A model generated the notes under the pieces. The model was not told the DNA's origin. It made no database searches and saw nothing but the letters and a program-made list of their open reading frames with translations. Shown here piece after piece: positions 1 through 9,245 of a stretch of DNA of 64,000 bases (position 1 is the stretch's first letter; each line of letters begins with the position of its first letter). The DNA comes from an uncultured Rickettsiales bacterium (GTDB lineage: Bacteria > Pseudomonadota > Alphaproteobacteria > Rickettsiales > CAYLHV01). Location: assembly GCA_964383745.1 (NCBI GenBank), contig CAYLHV010000003.1, positions 33,590-97,589 on the forward strand, in the 5' to 3' direction. Made by a program: the position numbers and the translations under genes.

Positions 1-120
1 TGGAATGAATTTTTTCATAATCGTGACTGGCCAATGGCTTCTGCCATCACAATTTTCATCATTTTCACCATCATTTTGCCAATTTTAATCACTCAAAGAT
101 CTGACTCGAGGGAATCATAA
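1..120 (+). CDS. ABC transporter permease, C-terminal end only (PotB-like; gene starts upstream of window)
   Basis: Frame 1 is open from base 1 to TAA at 118-120 (WNEFFHNRDWPMASAITIFIIFTIILPILITQRSDSRES*). This looks like the last TM helix of a binding-protein-dependent permease. The next permease gene starts at 121 with no spacer. Confidence 0.5.
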   Translation, partial: WNEFFHNRDWPMASAITIFIIFTIILPILITQRSDSRES

Positions 121-936
121 ATGCATAAAGTTTTTTTCAAATTCATTGCCTATGTCGGTTTTGCTTTCCTTTACATCCCAATTCTGGTGTTGATTATTTT
201 CTCTTTCAATGACTCAAAATTAGTCACAATTTGGCAAGGCTTCTCATTCAGATGGTATAGAGAAATTGTGAAAGATGAGCAGCTTTTGAGCGCAATTATC
301 ACAAGCCTTAAAATTGCCTCCATTTCTGCCACTGGTGCTGTGATTTTAGGTCTACTTGCAGGTTTTGCACTTTCAAGAATAAAAAAATTCCCTGGCAGAA
401 TCTTTTTTTCAGTCATGATTTCTGCACCTTTCATTGTTCCAGAAGTGATCATTGGTTTTTCACTCTTACTTGCATTTTTCATTTTACAAAAAGCCACAGG
501 CTGGCCGGAAGAGCGAGGAATTTTAACCATCATCATTGCCCATATCACGCTTGGCATGTCCTATGTCACCGTCTTGATTCAATCAAGGCTCAGTAATTTT
601 GACAAATCTTTGGAAGAAACTGCATTAGATCTTGGTGCGCGTCCTTTGAAAATCTTTTTCTCAATCACCATTCCGCACATCATCCCTTCCATTATTGCTG
701 GCTGGTTTCTGTCTTTCTCACTTTCTCTTGATGACCTTGTCATTGCAAGCTTCAATTCAGGACCAAATTCGTCAACATTGCCAATGTATATTTATTCCAA
801 GCTGAAATTAGGTGTCAGCCCAAATATTAACGTTTTCGCCACCATTACCATTTTGTCCTTGGGTACAATAGGCTCTTTGATATATTACCTAACCCAACAT
901 AAATCAAGCAGTCAAAAATCTAAGGATGAGATATAG
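121..936 (+). CDS. potC: polyamine (spermidine/putrescine) ABC transporter permease, PotC/PotI-like
   Basis: 271-aa ORF with multiple hydrophobic TM stretches and an EAA-type loop (EETALDLGARPLKIFFSITIP) typical of PotC/PotI permeases. Confidence 0.8.
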   Translation: MHKVFFKFIAYVGFAFLYIPILVLIIFSFNDSKLVTIWQGFSFRWYREIVKDEQLLSAIITSLKIASISATGAVILGLLAGFALSRIKKFPGRIFFSVMISAPFIVPEVIIGFSLLLAFFILQKATGWPEERGILTIIIAHITLGMSYVTVLIQSRLSNFDKSLEETALDLGARPLKIFFSITIPHIIPSIIAGWFLSFSLSLDDLVIASFNSGPNSSTLPMYIYSKLKLGVSPNINVFATITILSLGTIGSLIYYLTQHKSSSQKSKDEI

Positions 937-1156
937 GCTGCATGAGAAGATCATGCTTCCTCTATTCGTGCAAGTAGTAGATTTTTTCTTAACTAATTGA
1001 TTAATCAGCTAGTTCATGCTTTGCCTGTGATGATGGAGTTGGGAGAGGTGTGGGTTAAGATATGGAGTATTTCAGGATAATATAAAAAATTGTGACTATA
1101 ATACAATCACTTATCTGAAAAATGAGAAAAATGTCTAAAAAATCAAAAAAACGATA

Positions 1157-1185
1157 TTGACATACGAAATAAACAGTGTTATAAT
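1157..1185 (+). promoter_or_regulatory. sigma70-type promoter, TTGACA (1157-1162) - 17 nt - TATAAT (1180-1185)
   Basis: Perfect consensus hexamers with 17-nt spacing, about 68 nt upstream of the ATG at 1254. An almost identical promoter occurs at 57927-57955 upstream of the paralogous ORF. Confidence 0.6.
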
Positions 1186-1253
1186 ATGTTTGTTCTCGAT
1201 AAATTGAACATAATTTATTTTTGAGATATAACTTTTTTTTATGGTAATTTAAA

Positions 1254-1754
1254 ATGACAAAAGAAACAACACAAGAAAACGAAAATACAGGAAGCAACAT
1301 GATTGAAAGCCTTGCTTCAAATTTGATTAAACAAGGGATTTCGAAATTTTTCTCAAATTTCTCACTTTCATCAGTGACAGGAATTTTTTCATCAATATTT
1401 AAAGCAGTACAAGATTTTGTAACAGAAATTGCGTCATTCTTCTCTGATTTAGTAAATAAATTGAGTTTAGGATTTTCGCTTTTTAAAGATAAATTATTTG
1501 GCACAAAGGAAAATTCTGAAGAGAAACCCCTGATGACTGAATTTGCAGATGCGGCAAAAGATCACGCATTAGGAATTGTTACAGATGCTGTAACAGGAAT
1601 GTTTTTCGCAAAACCAGACACTAAATCAACAGAAGCAAGGCCAAGTTGGCTTTGTAACACTCTGAAATCTTTTGGAAAAGCTGCGATAAGTTCTTTTACT
1701 GAAGCTTTTGAAGCAGAAAAAGCAGAAAATAAATCTGCCTCTAGAGGTGCATAA
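1254..1754 (+). CDS. hypothetical protein, paralog of 58026..58637
   Basis: 166-aa ORF behind a consensus promoter. It shares the N-terminal motif FSSIFKxxQxFVTxxASFxSxLxxKxxLGFS and the C-terminal ENKSAS with the 203-aa ORF at 58026. No domain recognised. Confidence 0.6.
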   Translation: MTKETTQENENTGSNMIESLASNLIKQGISKFFSNFSLSSVTGIFSSIFKAVQDFVTEIASFFSDLVNKLSLGFSLFKDKLFGTKENSEEKPLMTEFADAAKDHALGIVTDAVTGMFFAKPDTKSTEARPSWLCNTLKSFGKAAISSFTEAFEAEKAENKSASRGA

Positions 1755-1772
1755 AACACAGTAAAAATGCAG

Positions 1773-1807
1773 GGACGAAGTAATTTAGTAACAGAATTGC
1801 TTCGTCC
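1773..1807. terminator. hairpin between convergent genes (ggacgaagtaatt / aattgcttcgtcc, 9-nt loop), followed by ttcattttt
   Basis: 13-bp stem with one G-U pair, read directly from the sequence. It lies between the stop of 1254..1754 (+) and the stop of 1835..2449 (-). A sequence-related hairpin follows the paralog at 58668-58700. Confidence 0.55.
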
Positions 1808-1834
1808 TTCATTTTTAGAGATGTGAAATATTTC

Positions 1835-2449
1835 TTAGTAACAGTCGAATTGGAATATATAATCAGTATCAAGATATGTCGGATTTTCTGCGTTATCCAG
1901 TGCCTCTATTAATTCATATTTTATTACATTACACTCAGGATTATAATCTAAAATATCATCCCTTAATAGTTTGACCATATCATCAAAATTATTTCCTATA
2001 TTAGCTCCACTGTCTATCAACAAGTTCGCAGCTTCTCTGTGTAGACAAGAAACTGCAAATGTCAATGCGCTACTTCCGTCTGGAGTTTCGATATTAACAT
2101 CAGCTCTGTTTTTTATTAGGATTTCCATGGTTTCGACATCACCTTCAGAAGCAGCATACATTAATGCTGTCATTCCCATCTTCCCTGTGAATGATTCAAT
2201 ACTGCTTTTATGGTGTTTTCTAGCATTAACATCAGCTCCGCGTTTTATCAGAATTTCCACAATTTCTGGATTTTTTGCTAAACTTGCGATCATTAATGGT
2301 GTGTATCCATTGTTGTAGAAATTACTAAAACCCCATGATGATAGATTTTCTATGGATTCCACATGGCCTTTAGCAATGGCTTTAATTAAATCATTACTTG
2401 CGTTTATAGCAGCGGCGTTCACTTGGTTTTCGAACTCAGTCAAATTCAT
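1835..2449 (-). CDS. ankyrin repeat protein (204 aa)
   Basis: ANK consensus elements: GYTPLMIASLAKNPEIVEILIKRGADVNA, GMTALMYAASEGDVETMEILIKNRADVN and GSSALTFAV..LLIDSGANI. Confidence 0.85.
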   Translation of the reverse strand: MNLTEFENQVNAAAINASNDLIKAIAKGHVESIENLSSWGFSNFYNNGYTPLMIASLAKNPEIVEILIKRGADVNARKHHKSSIESFTGKMGMTALMYAASEGDVETMEILIKNRADVNIETPDGSSALTFAVSCLHREAANLLIDSGANIGNNFDDMVKLLRDDILDYNPECNVIKYELIEALDNAENPTYLDTDYIFQFDCY

Positions 2450-2651
2450 TTTTACACCTATTTGAAATAATTGTTTTTAAGGTATTTTTAAAGCACCTAA
2501 CCTTCACAATCATATACAAGAAATTCAATAGTGCAATAGTTTATTTAGCTCTATTTAATAACAACTGTAGATTCAGGGTTAATAAGCGAGAATGGGGGAG
2601 TTTTTAACAGAAAACCCCCTCCTGTTTTTCCAGTGAAATTGAATCAGATTC

Positions 2652-2966
2652 TTAGCTTTTCTGAATATCTGTGGATTTATTGGGAATGGCGTCAGAATTG
2701 TTATTTTGCTCAACAGAACCAGCTTCTTTGAAAGCATATTCCACTAATTCTGGCAAAGGAACTCCATTAGTTTCAGAAAGATTTTTTAAACTTGTTAAGC
2801 TTTCCATGACATCAGCTGGAACGGTTCCGCCTCTTTCTTTGGAAAGCCATTCTGCCTGAAAGTGAATTGGGTGGTTTTTTGGGTTAGGTTCCCCAACGTA
2901 AATTGTAAAAGGTGCATTTTGTCCGCCAAAATTGCAGATCACATTTAATTTATGGATTATGGCCAT
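2652..2966 (-). CDS. conserved hypothetical protein (resembles the DUF2610-type small proteins of Rickettsia/Legionella)
   Basis: ORF 2652..2981. The internal ATG at 2966 (MAIIHKLNV...) is preceded by AGGAG formed by the upstream ATG context (atgaggagatttaaaATG). The CNFGG..P...YVG.P...HP..FQA.WL..ERGG motif is recalled from a conserved family; this was not checked by search. Confidence 0.5.
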   Translation of the reverse strand: MAIIHKLNVICNFGGQNAPFTIYVGEPNPKNHPIHFQAEWLSKERGGTVPADVMESLTSLKNLSETNGVPLPELVEYAFKEAGSVEQNNNSDAIPNKSTDIQKS

Positions 2967-3069
2967 TTTAAATCTCCTCATTTAAAACTTGTTTATTTCT
3001 ATAATATCAAATATCATACATAATAAAATTATAAAATGAAAACATTAATTTTTAGTTAACTTTAGAAAA

Positions 3070-4029
3070 ATGAAAAATCGACAAATTTTAGAATTATTAA
3101 ATGCCACAGAATCGGCCGCCATTTCCTGCCATGGGTTTATTGGGAAAGGTGATGAAAAAGCAGCAGACCAAGCTGCGGTTGATGCCATGAGAAACTCATT
3201 GAATTCGCAGGAAATTTTTGCAGAAATTGTGATTGGGGAAGGGGAGAGGGACAAAGCTCCAATGCTGCATATTGGAGAAATTTTGGGAATTTTGAAAAAT
3301 GATCTTGAAATGCCTAAATTAGAGATTGCTCTTGACCCTCTTGAAGGAACAACAATTTGTGCTAATGCTGGTTTTGGTGCGCTTTCGGTGATGGCTGTGA
3401 GTGAAAAAAATGGTTTTCTTAATGCGCCAGATGTTTACATGGAAAAAATTGCAATTGCTAAAATTCAAGATTCGACAAAAGATCAAATCATTGATCTTGA
3501 CCATTCGGTTCAGGAAAATCTCAAGAATTTGTCGATTGTGAAAAAATGCGCAATTTCAGACTTAACAGTCACAATTCTTGACCGTCCAAGGCATGGGGAA
3601 TTAATTGCAAAAAGCAGAGAAGCGGGGGCTAAAGTGAAGCTGATTCAAGATGGGGACATTTCTGCGATCATTGCTTTGAATTTCAAAAATAGCCAGTCTG
3701 ACATGTATGTTGGCACAGGTGGAGCGCCGGAAGGTGTTCTTGCAGCAAGCGCTCTTCAAACAATGGGTGGTCAAATTATGGGGCGTCTTAAATTTCAAAA
3801 TGATGAAGAGAAAAATAGAGCTAAATATTGGGGAATTAGTGATTTCACAAAAAAATATGTCTTAAATGATTTAGTTTCAAAACCATCAATTTTTTTCGCA
3901 AGTGGAGTCACGAATGGAGAAATGCTTGAAGGGGTGAAAAAAATTGATGGCCATTTTCATGTTAATAGCATCATAATAAATAATCTTGAAAATTCAGTTA
4001 GATATCTCAATAGCGCAATCAAAATTTGA
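3070..4029 (+). CDS. glpX: class II fructose-1,6-bisphosphatase (GlpX)
   Basis: 319 aa. The N-terminus (LELLNATESAAISCHGFIGKGDEKAADQAAVDAMR) and overall length match the GlpX family. Confidence 0.9.
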   Translation: MKNRQILELLNATESAAISCHGFIGKGDEKAADQAAVDAMRNSLNSQEIFAEIVIGEGERDKAPMLHIGEILGILKNDLEMPKLEIALDPLEGTTICANAGFGALSVMAVSEKNGFLNAPDVYMEKIAIAKIQDSTKDQIIDLDHSVQENLKNLSIVKKCAISDLTVTILDRPRHGELIAKSREAGAKVKLIQDGDISAIIALNFKNSQSDMYVGTGGAPEGVLAASALQTMGGQIMGRLKFQNDEEKNRAKYWGISDFTKKYVLNDLVSKPSIFFASGVTNGEMLEGVKKIDGHFHVNSIIINNLENSVRYLNSAIKI

Positions 4030-4117
4030 TTTAGGGCACTTGAAATCATTGATTGTGATGACTATATTTATAGTATGTATGAATTGTAAATGTTAAACTT
4101 AAAAGGGAGTTTTTGAA

Positions 4118-6529
4118 ATGAGTAAAATTAACACTAATAAGCTATATCCTGTTTTACCATTGAGGGATATTGTGATTTTCCCAGGCATGGTTTCACCGCT
4201 TTTTGTGGGAAGGGAAAAATCAACAAATGCTCTTGATAAAGCAACGAAATTAGACAAAAAAATTGTCTTAGTGACGCAAAAAAATGCCTCTCAAGATAAT
4301 CCTGAATCAAAAGACATATATAGAGTGGGGGTCATGGCCCAAATTCTGCAACTTTTGAAATTGCCAGATGGAACAGTGAAAGTTCTTGTTGAGGTTCATC
4401 AAAGGATTGAAATTGAAGAGTTTTTTGAAAATGATGAAATTTTGGAAGCTGAAATCAGAGTGGCAGCAGAAGAAGCAAAGCCAGGAATTGAGCTTGATGT
4501 TTTGAAAAGATCTGTGATTAGTGAATTTGAGAAATATATTAAACTAAATAAGAAAATCAATCCTGACATTATTTTTTCACTAAATGAAATTGATAATCCA
4601 GGTATTTTATCGGACGTTATTTCTTCGCATTTGACCATAAAAATCAAAGATAAGCAAAAAATCTTGGAAATTTTTAATGTTAGTCAAAGGCTTGAGTTTC
4701 TTCTTGGTGTCATTGCAAATGAAATTCTCACTTTAAACACTGAGGAAAAAATTCATAATCGTGTCAAAAAACAAATGGAAAAGACACAAAGAGAATATTT
4801 TTTGAATGAGCAGTTAAAAGCTGTCCAAAAAGAACTTGGAGACACAGATGATGCTAAAAGTGAAGTTGTTGAACTTGAGAAAAAAATCAAGAAAACTAAG
4901 CTTTCTGCAGAAGCTAGAGAAAAAGCAAATTCTGAACTGAAAAAACTTAAAATGATGAGCCCAATTTCTGCTGAGGCAACCATCATTCGTAACTATCTTG
5001 ACTGGCTTCTTTCAGTTCCGTGGAAGAATCATAGTAAGAATGCTAATTCTTTGGTTCAATCTGAAGAGATTTTGAATTCTGACCATTATGGCCTTGAGAA
5101 AATTAAAGAAAGAATCATTGAATATGTTGCTGTCTCTAAAAGAGCTGACTCTTTCAAAGGCTCAATTCTTTGTTTAGTTGGTCCTCCAGGTGTGGGTAAA
5201 ACTTCACTTGCGAAATCTGTGGCGGCCGCAACTGGACGCAGCTTTGCCAGGATTTCTCTTGGTGGTGTGAAAGATGAATCGGAAATTAGGGGTCACAGAA
5301 GAACATATATTGGTGCTTTGCCAGGAAAAATTGTTCAATCAATGAAAAAAGCAAAAACCTCTAACCCTGTGATTTTGCTTGATGAAATTGACAAAATGAG
5401 TTCAGATTTTAGGGGTGACCCTTCTTCAGCTTTGCTTGAAGTGCTTGATCCTGAACAAAATTCAAAATTCATTGACCATTATTTGGAGGTTGAATATGAC
5501 CTTTCAAATGTGATGTTCATTGCAACTTCAAACTCTTATAACATTCCATTGCCGCTTCTTGACAGAATGGAAATCATCAGGCTGTCGGGCTATATTGAAG
5601 ATGAGAAAGTGGAAATTGCTAAGAGACATTTGGTTTCTAAGCAAAAAACACAACATGGCTTGAAAGAAGAAGAAATGTCAATTTCTGAAGAGGCAATCAG
5701 AGAAATTATTCAATTTTACACCAAAGAGGCTGGTGTCAGAAATTTAGAAAAAGAAATTGCTAAAATTTGTCGAAAAATTGTGACTAAAATTCAGAAAGAA
5801 GAATTAAGCAACGCAGATTTGCCTGTGAAAGTTGAAGCTTCTGATTTAAAGAAATTTTTGGGTGTTAGGAAATTTTCCTTTGGGGAAGTTGACAAAGATG
5901 ATCAAATTGGGGTCACAAATGGTTTGGCCTACACAGAAGTTGGTGGAGATATTCTTTCAATTGAGGCTGTTGCTTTGCCTGGGAAAGGTAACATTAAAAC
6001 CACCGGTAAGCTTGGAGAAGTCATGCAGGAGTCTGCGCAGGCGGCTTTTAGCTATTTTAAATCAAATTCTCTTGAGTTTGGCATCACACCTCCGCAATAT
6101 CAAAAACGAGACATACATTTGCATGTCCCTGAAGGTGCCACTCCAAAAGACGGTCCTTCAGCTGGTGTTGCCATGTTTACATCAATTGTCTCAGTCTTAA
6201 CAGGAGTTGCAGTCAAAAAAGATGTTGCCATGACAGGTGAAATCACTTTAAGAGGGAATGTTCTGCCAATTGGTGGTCTGAAAGAGAAGCTTCTCGGTGC
6301 TTTGCGTGGCGGCATTACAACAGTTCTGATTCCTAGGAAGAATTTGAAAGATCTTGAAGAAATTCCAACCACAATCACCTCAAAGCTAGTCATAGTGCCA
6401 ATTGAGCAGGCTAGGGAAGCTTTGAAGCATGCTTTAATATCAAAGCTTGAGCCAACAAGTTGGAAAGAAATTGAAAAAATTTCTAATATTTCCGATGAAA
6501 AAGATGCTAATGAGGTCATAACACATTGA
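4118..6529 (+). CDS. lon: ATP-dependent Lon protease
   Basis: 803 aa with Walker A GPPGVGKTS and the catalytic-serine motif PKDGPSAG, plus a Lon N-terminal domain. Confidence 0.97.
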   Translation: MSKINTNKLYPVLPLRDIVIFPGMVSPLFVGREKSTNALDKATKLDKKIVLVTQKNASQDNPESKDIYRVGVMAQILQLLKLPDGTVKVLVEVHQRIEIEEFFENDEILEAEIRVAAEEAKPGIELDVLKRSVISEFEKYIKLNKKINPDIIFSLNEIDNPGILSDVISSHLTIKIKDKQKILEIFNVSQRLEFLLGVIANEILTLNTEEKIHNRVKKQMEKTQREYFLNEQLKAVQKELGDTDDAKSEVVELEKKIKKTKLSAEAREKANSELKKLKMMSPISAEATIIRNYLDWLLSVPWKNHSKNANSLVQSEEILNSDHYGLEKIKERIIEYVAVSKRADSFKGSILCLVGPPGVGKTSLAKSVAAATGRSFARISLGGVKDESEIRGHRRTYIGALPGKIVQSMKKAKTSNPVILLDEIDKMSSDFRGDPSSALLEVLDPEQNSKFIDHYLEVEYDLSNVMFIATSNSYNIPLPLLDRMEIIRLSGYIEDEKVEIAKRHLVSKQKTQHGLKEEEMSISEEAIREIIQFYTKEAGVRNLEKEIAKICRKIVTKIQKEELSNADLPVKVEASDLKKFLGVRKFSFGEVDKDDQIGVTNGLAYTEVGGDILSIEAVALPGKGNIKTTGKLGEVMQESAQAAFSYFKSNSLEFGITPPQYQKRDIHLHVPEGATPKDGPSAGVAMFTSIVSVLTGVAVKKDVAMTGEITLRGNVLPIGGLKEKLLGALRGGITTVLIPRKNLKDLEEIPTTITSKLVIVPIEQAREALKHALISKLEPTSWKEIEKISNISDEKDANEVITH

Positions 6530-6678
6530 CAAAGAGCTTAAATTGATCAAAAATCAATATTGGCAGGCATTTGCAGGCACAAAAACCAGGGCTTAAATGT
6601 CCATGTGAATAATCATTGATGAGTCCGAAGGATCTTCAATCTTTTTTCGAAATTTAACTAAAATATAAGGTAGTCACA

Positions 6679-6954
6679 GTGAATAAACAGGAATTAATTG
6701 ATGAAATTGCAAAAATGACAGATTTAACAAAAACTGATTGTAACAAAGCAATTGATGCTTTAGTTGCAGCGGTGATTAAAACTGTTTCTAAAGGTAAGAA
6801 AGTTAGCCTAGTTGGTTTTGGAACTTTCGAATCAGTGAAAAGAAAAGCCAGAAAAGGCCGTAATCCACGTACTTTAGAAGAAATTAAAATCCCAGCTTCT
6901 AAATCACCAAAATTCAGAGCTGGTAAAGCCTTTAAAGAATCTGTTAATAAATAG
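6679..6954 (+). CDS. hup: HU family DNA-binding protein
   Basis: 91 aa with a GTG start (MNKQELIDEIA...GFGTFESVKRKARKGRNPRT). The lon-hup order is as in many proteobacteria. Confidence 0.95.
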   Translation: MNKQELIDEIAKMTDLTKTDCNKAIDALVAAVIKTVSKGKKVSLVGFGTFESVKRKARKGRNPRTLEEIKIPASKSPKFRAGKAFKESVNK

Positions 6955-7066
6955 TTTTCTTTAAAGAAAAAAAGGTGATGACTTTTTTTACTAAAAGATG
7001 AAAAAACTTCTTGCAAAGTGAATTTTTTCGGTGTAAAAATTGTTCATCACCTTTTTTTTCCAAAAT

Positions 7067-7141
7067 GGGCGATTAGCTCAGCGGTAGAGCGTCTCGTTTA
7101 CACCGAGGTGGTCGGGAGTTCAAATCTCTCATCGCCCACCA
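7067..7141 (+). tRNA. tRNA-Val (anticodon TAC), CCA encoded
   Basis: Hand-folded cloverleaf: acceptor gggcgat/atcgccc, anticodon arm tctcg-tttacac-cgagg, T-loop ttcaaat, 75 nt. Confidence 0.9.
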
Positions 7142-8505
7142 TTTTGGAATTCAATTTTCTCAATTAACTTCACCATCAAATCTTCCTGGATTTTTCTGAT
7201 CTGTTTGAATTCCAAAGCGAAATTATCAATCACATGGTAAAAAGCATGGGTTGGAACTCCTTGCTGCAGGACGTAGCCTGCTAGGGCAGAGGGGCCGTTT
7301 TCTAGATAGCCTGTTTTGGCAATGATTTCAACATTTTGAAGATTTTTGAAACTTTCCTTGAGAGTCCCAGTTTTGCCAGCATTTGGCATTGATTCTAGAA
7401 AAATCTTCATCATTTCAGGTGACTGGCTGATTTTAGTGAGAAGTTTAATCATTGAATCAGCATTGATCAAGTTTTTTCTTGAAATTCCAGAACCGTCAAA
7501 AATGGAGAAATCATTTTCTGATGCATCAAAAATCCCTTCATTCACAAAAAATTCTGTGAATGTTTGAATGCCAGAATTCCACTTTCCCATGACTGGAGGA
7601 GTTTGCGAGAGATGGTCTATTTTCTTGAAAAGCACATTTCCAATTAAGTTGTTGGAATGTAAGAGAAAATCTTTGATGATTTCCCTCAAGATTCTTGACT
7701 CCGCAAATGCAAGAATTGTTTGTTTTTCTGGAGATTTTTTGAAAATGATTTTGCTAAATTTGATTGAATGCTCTTTTAGAATGTGTTTAATGACATTTTC
7801 TATCATTTTTCTAGGATTTGCATGGGCAATTTTTAAATTAAGAGGTTCATCAGAATCTTGATGGTGGCATCCATGAATTTTAAATTGATTTTGATCATTT
7901 GATTCCAACTCTAAGGTACAATTACTGGGATTCTGAGTTAGTTGAATGTCATTTTTAATTAAAGGATCATGTTTATGGGTTCTGATGATTTTTGCCTTAT
8001 TTTGATGTTTCTCAATTTTTGCATGAAAGCAATTTCCATTAACTATGATTGGAGAGATTGGTGCGGCATAGCACATGTTGAGATTATCAATGGAGAAGCC
8101 AAAAGGATAATATTTTTGGTCAAATTCACTGTCATCTATGATGATTTTTCCTTGAATTTTCCTGATTCCAAGAGACAGAATCATTTTTTCAATTTCTTCG
8201 AATGTTAAATCAGGGTTGCCATCAAATTTGAGAATTAAATCACTTTCTAAAATGGCATTTTTTGGTTTTTTTGAAGATGAAATTATGGTTTTGAATTTAA
8301 ATTCTGGACCTAAGATTTTCAAAGCATGATAGGCGGTGAAATTCTTTAAAGTACTTGCTGGTTTGATGAGAGATTTTGAGTTTTTTTCTAAAATCACTTT
8401 TCCACTTGGAATTTCAATAAATTTATAATAATCAATGAGATGTTCTGGTGAAGCAAAGCTGGAGAAAGTGAAAAAGAAAAATGAGATTTTGAGAAATTTA
8501 TGCAC
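7129..8505 (-). CDS. dacB: D-alanyl-D-alanine carboxypeptidase/endopeptidase (PBP4, peptidase S13)
   Basis: 458 aa with a signal peptide and an SxxK motif in PASTLKNFTAYHALK. Length and C-terminal KTG-like GKTGTL are typical of DacB. Confidence 0.8.
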   Translation of the reverse strand: MHKFLKISFFFFTFSSFASPEHLIDYYKFIEIPSGKVILEKNSKSLIKPASTLKNFTAYHALKILGPEFKFKTIISSSKKPKNAILESDLILKFDGNPDLTFEEIEKMILSLGIRKIQGKIIIDDSEFDQKYYPFGFSIDNLNMCYAAPISPIIVNGNCFHAKIEKHQNKAKIIRTHKHDPLIKNDIQLTQNPSNCTLELESNDQNQFKIHGCHHQDSDEPLNLKIAHANPRKMIENVIKHILKEHSIKFSKIIFKKSPEKQTILAFAESRILREIIKDFLLHSNNLIGNVLFKKIDHLSQTPPVMGKWNSGIQTFTEFFVNEGIFDASENDFSIFDGSGISRKNLINADSMIKLLTKISQSPEMMKIFLESMPNAGKTGTLKESFKNLQNVEIIAKTGYLENGPSALAGYVLQQGVPTHAFYHVIDNFALEFKQIRKIQEDLMVKLIEKIEFQNGGR

Positions 8506-8544
8506 AAGATTTACCGGAAGATGATTAGTGAATTTAGTTAAATT

Positions 8545-9084
8545 CTAGTCTAACTTTCCCTGCTTGTCTATGAGGTTTTGGATTTTATTAGAGAGGTCTT
8601 GTTGGAGGATTTTTTCGTGCTTTTCTGGGGTGGAGTCGGCATTTTGCAGTGATTTGCGATATTTGGCATTCTCGATCATGTGAGATTCCACAACATAATT
8701 TTCTTTTGGCTTTGTTTGAGAGTTATTTAGCCAGAGGAAATAGACAATTACAATTCCAATCACTGAGCTTAACAAAGTGAGGAAATTTGGTCTGGCACTT
8801 TCTTTGAGTTTTCTAGTGGATTTGGAGTTTTTTTTGACAACTGAAAATTGCTCATTCTGCTCCTGTATCAAATTAGGGTTGACGCCAAGAAATTTGGAAT
8901 AGGATTTTAGATAGCCGTTTAAATATACAGAAGGTAGGTTTCCTTTTGTATATTGATCAATTCCTTCAATTTCCTCAATATAAACTGAGCGAATTTTTAG
9001 AATTTTTGAAACTTCGCTAACCGAAAGTCCCAGCTCTTCTCGTCTTTGATGTAAAATGTTGCCTAAATCTCTCATAATTGCCAA
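8545..9084 (-). CDS. helix-turn-helix (XRE-like) membrane protein, RodZ-like
   Basis: 179 aa with an N-terminal HTH (LHQRREELGLSVSEVSKILKIRSVYIEEIE) followed by one TM helix (LTLLSSVIGIVIVYFLWL). Confidence 0.6.
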   Translation of the reverse strand: MAIMRDLGNILHQRREELGLSVSEVSKILKIRSVYIEEIEGIDQYTKGNLPSVYLNGYLKSYSKFLGVNPNLIQEQNEQFSVVKKNSKSTRKLKESARPNFLTLLSSVIGIVIVYFLWLNNSQTKPKENYVVESHMIENAKYRKSLQNADSTPEKHEKILQQDLSNKIQNLIDKQGKLD

Positions 9085-9245
9085 AAAAACATTTCAAATT
9101 ATCATTTAATAATATATCATAAAAAAAATCATAGGTCATATATAATTAGATCAACCCACACATATTTAATAATAATTGATAAAGGTAAATTTTGTGTTAA
9201 CAAAATAATGATTAACGTAAAATACCAAAAAGATGGAGAATTTCA

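Noticed and set aside
1055-1504. 149-aa minus-strand ORF overlapping the cassette promoter and the 5' part of 1254..1754
   Set aside because: It is antisense to a promoter-driven ORF that has a paralog. The paralogous locus (58010..58198 -) keeps only a 62-aa fragment of that frame, so the frame is not conserved.
2594-2625. ggggg-N15-ccccc hairpin followed by tcctgttttt between 2449 and 2652
   Set aside because: The T-run is on the + strand, where no gene ends. On the - strand (downstream of 2652..2966) the hairpin is not followed by a U-tract. There is too little evidence to call a terminator.
6971-7060. aaaaaggtgatga ... tcatcacctttttttt inverted repeat between hup and tRNA-Val
   Set aside because: A 9-bp stem with a loop of about 50 nt is not a convincing intrinsic terminator. 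It may still be a processing or termination signal, but this cannot be supported from sequence alone.
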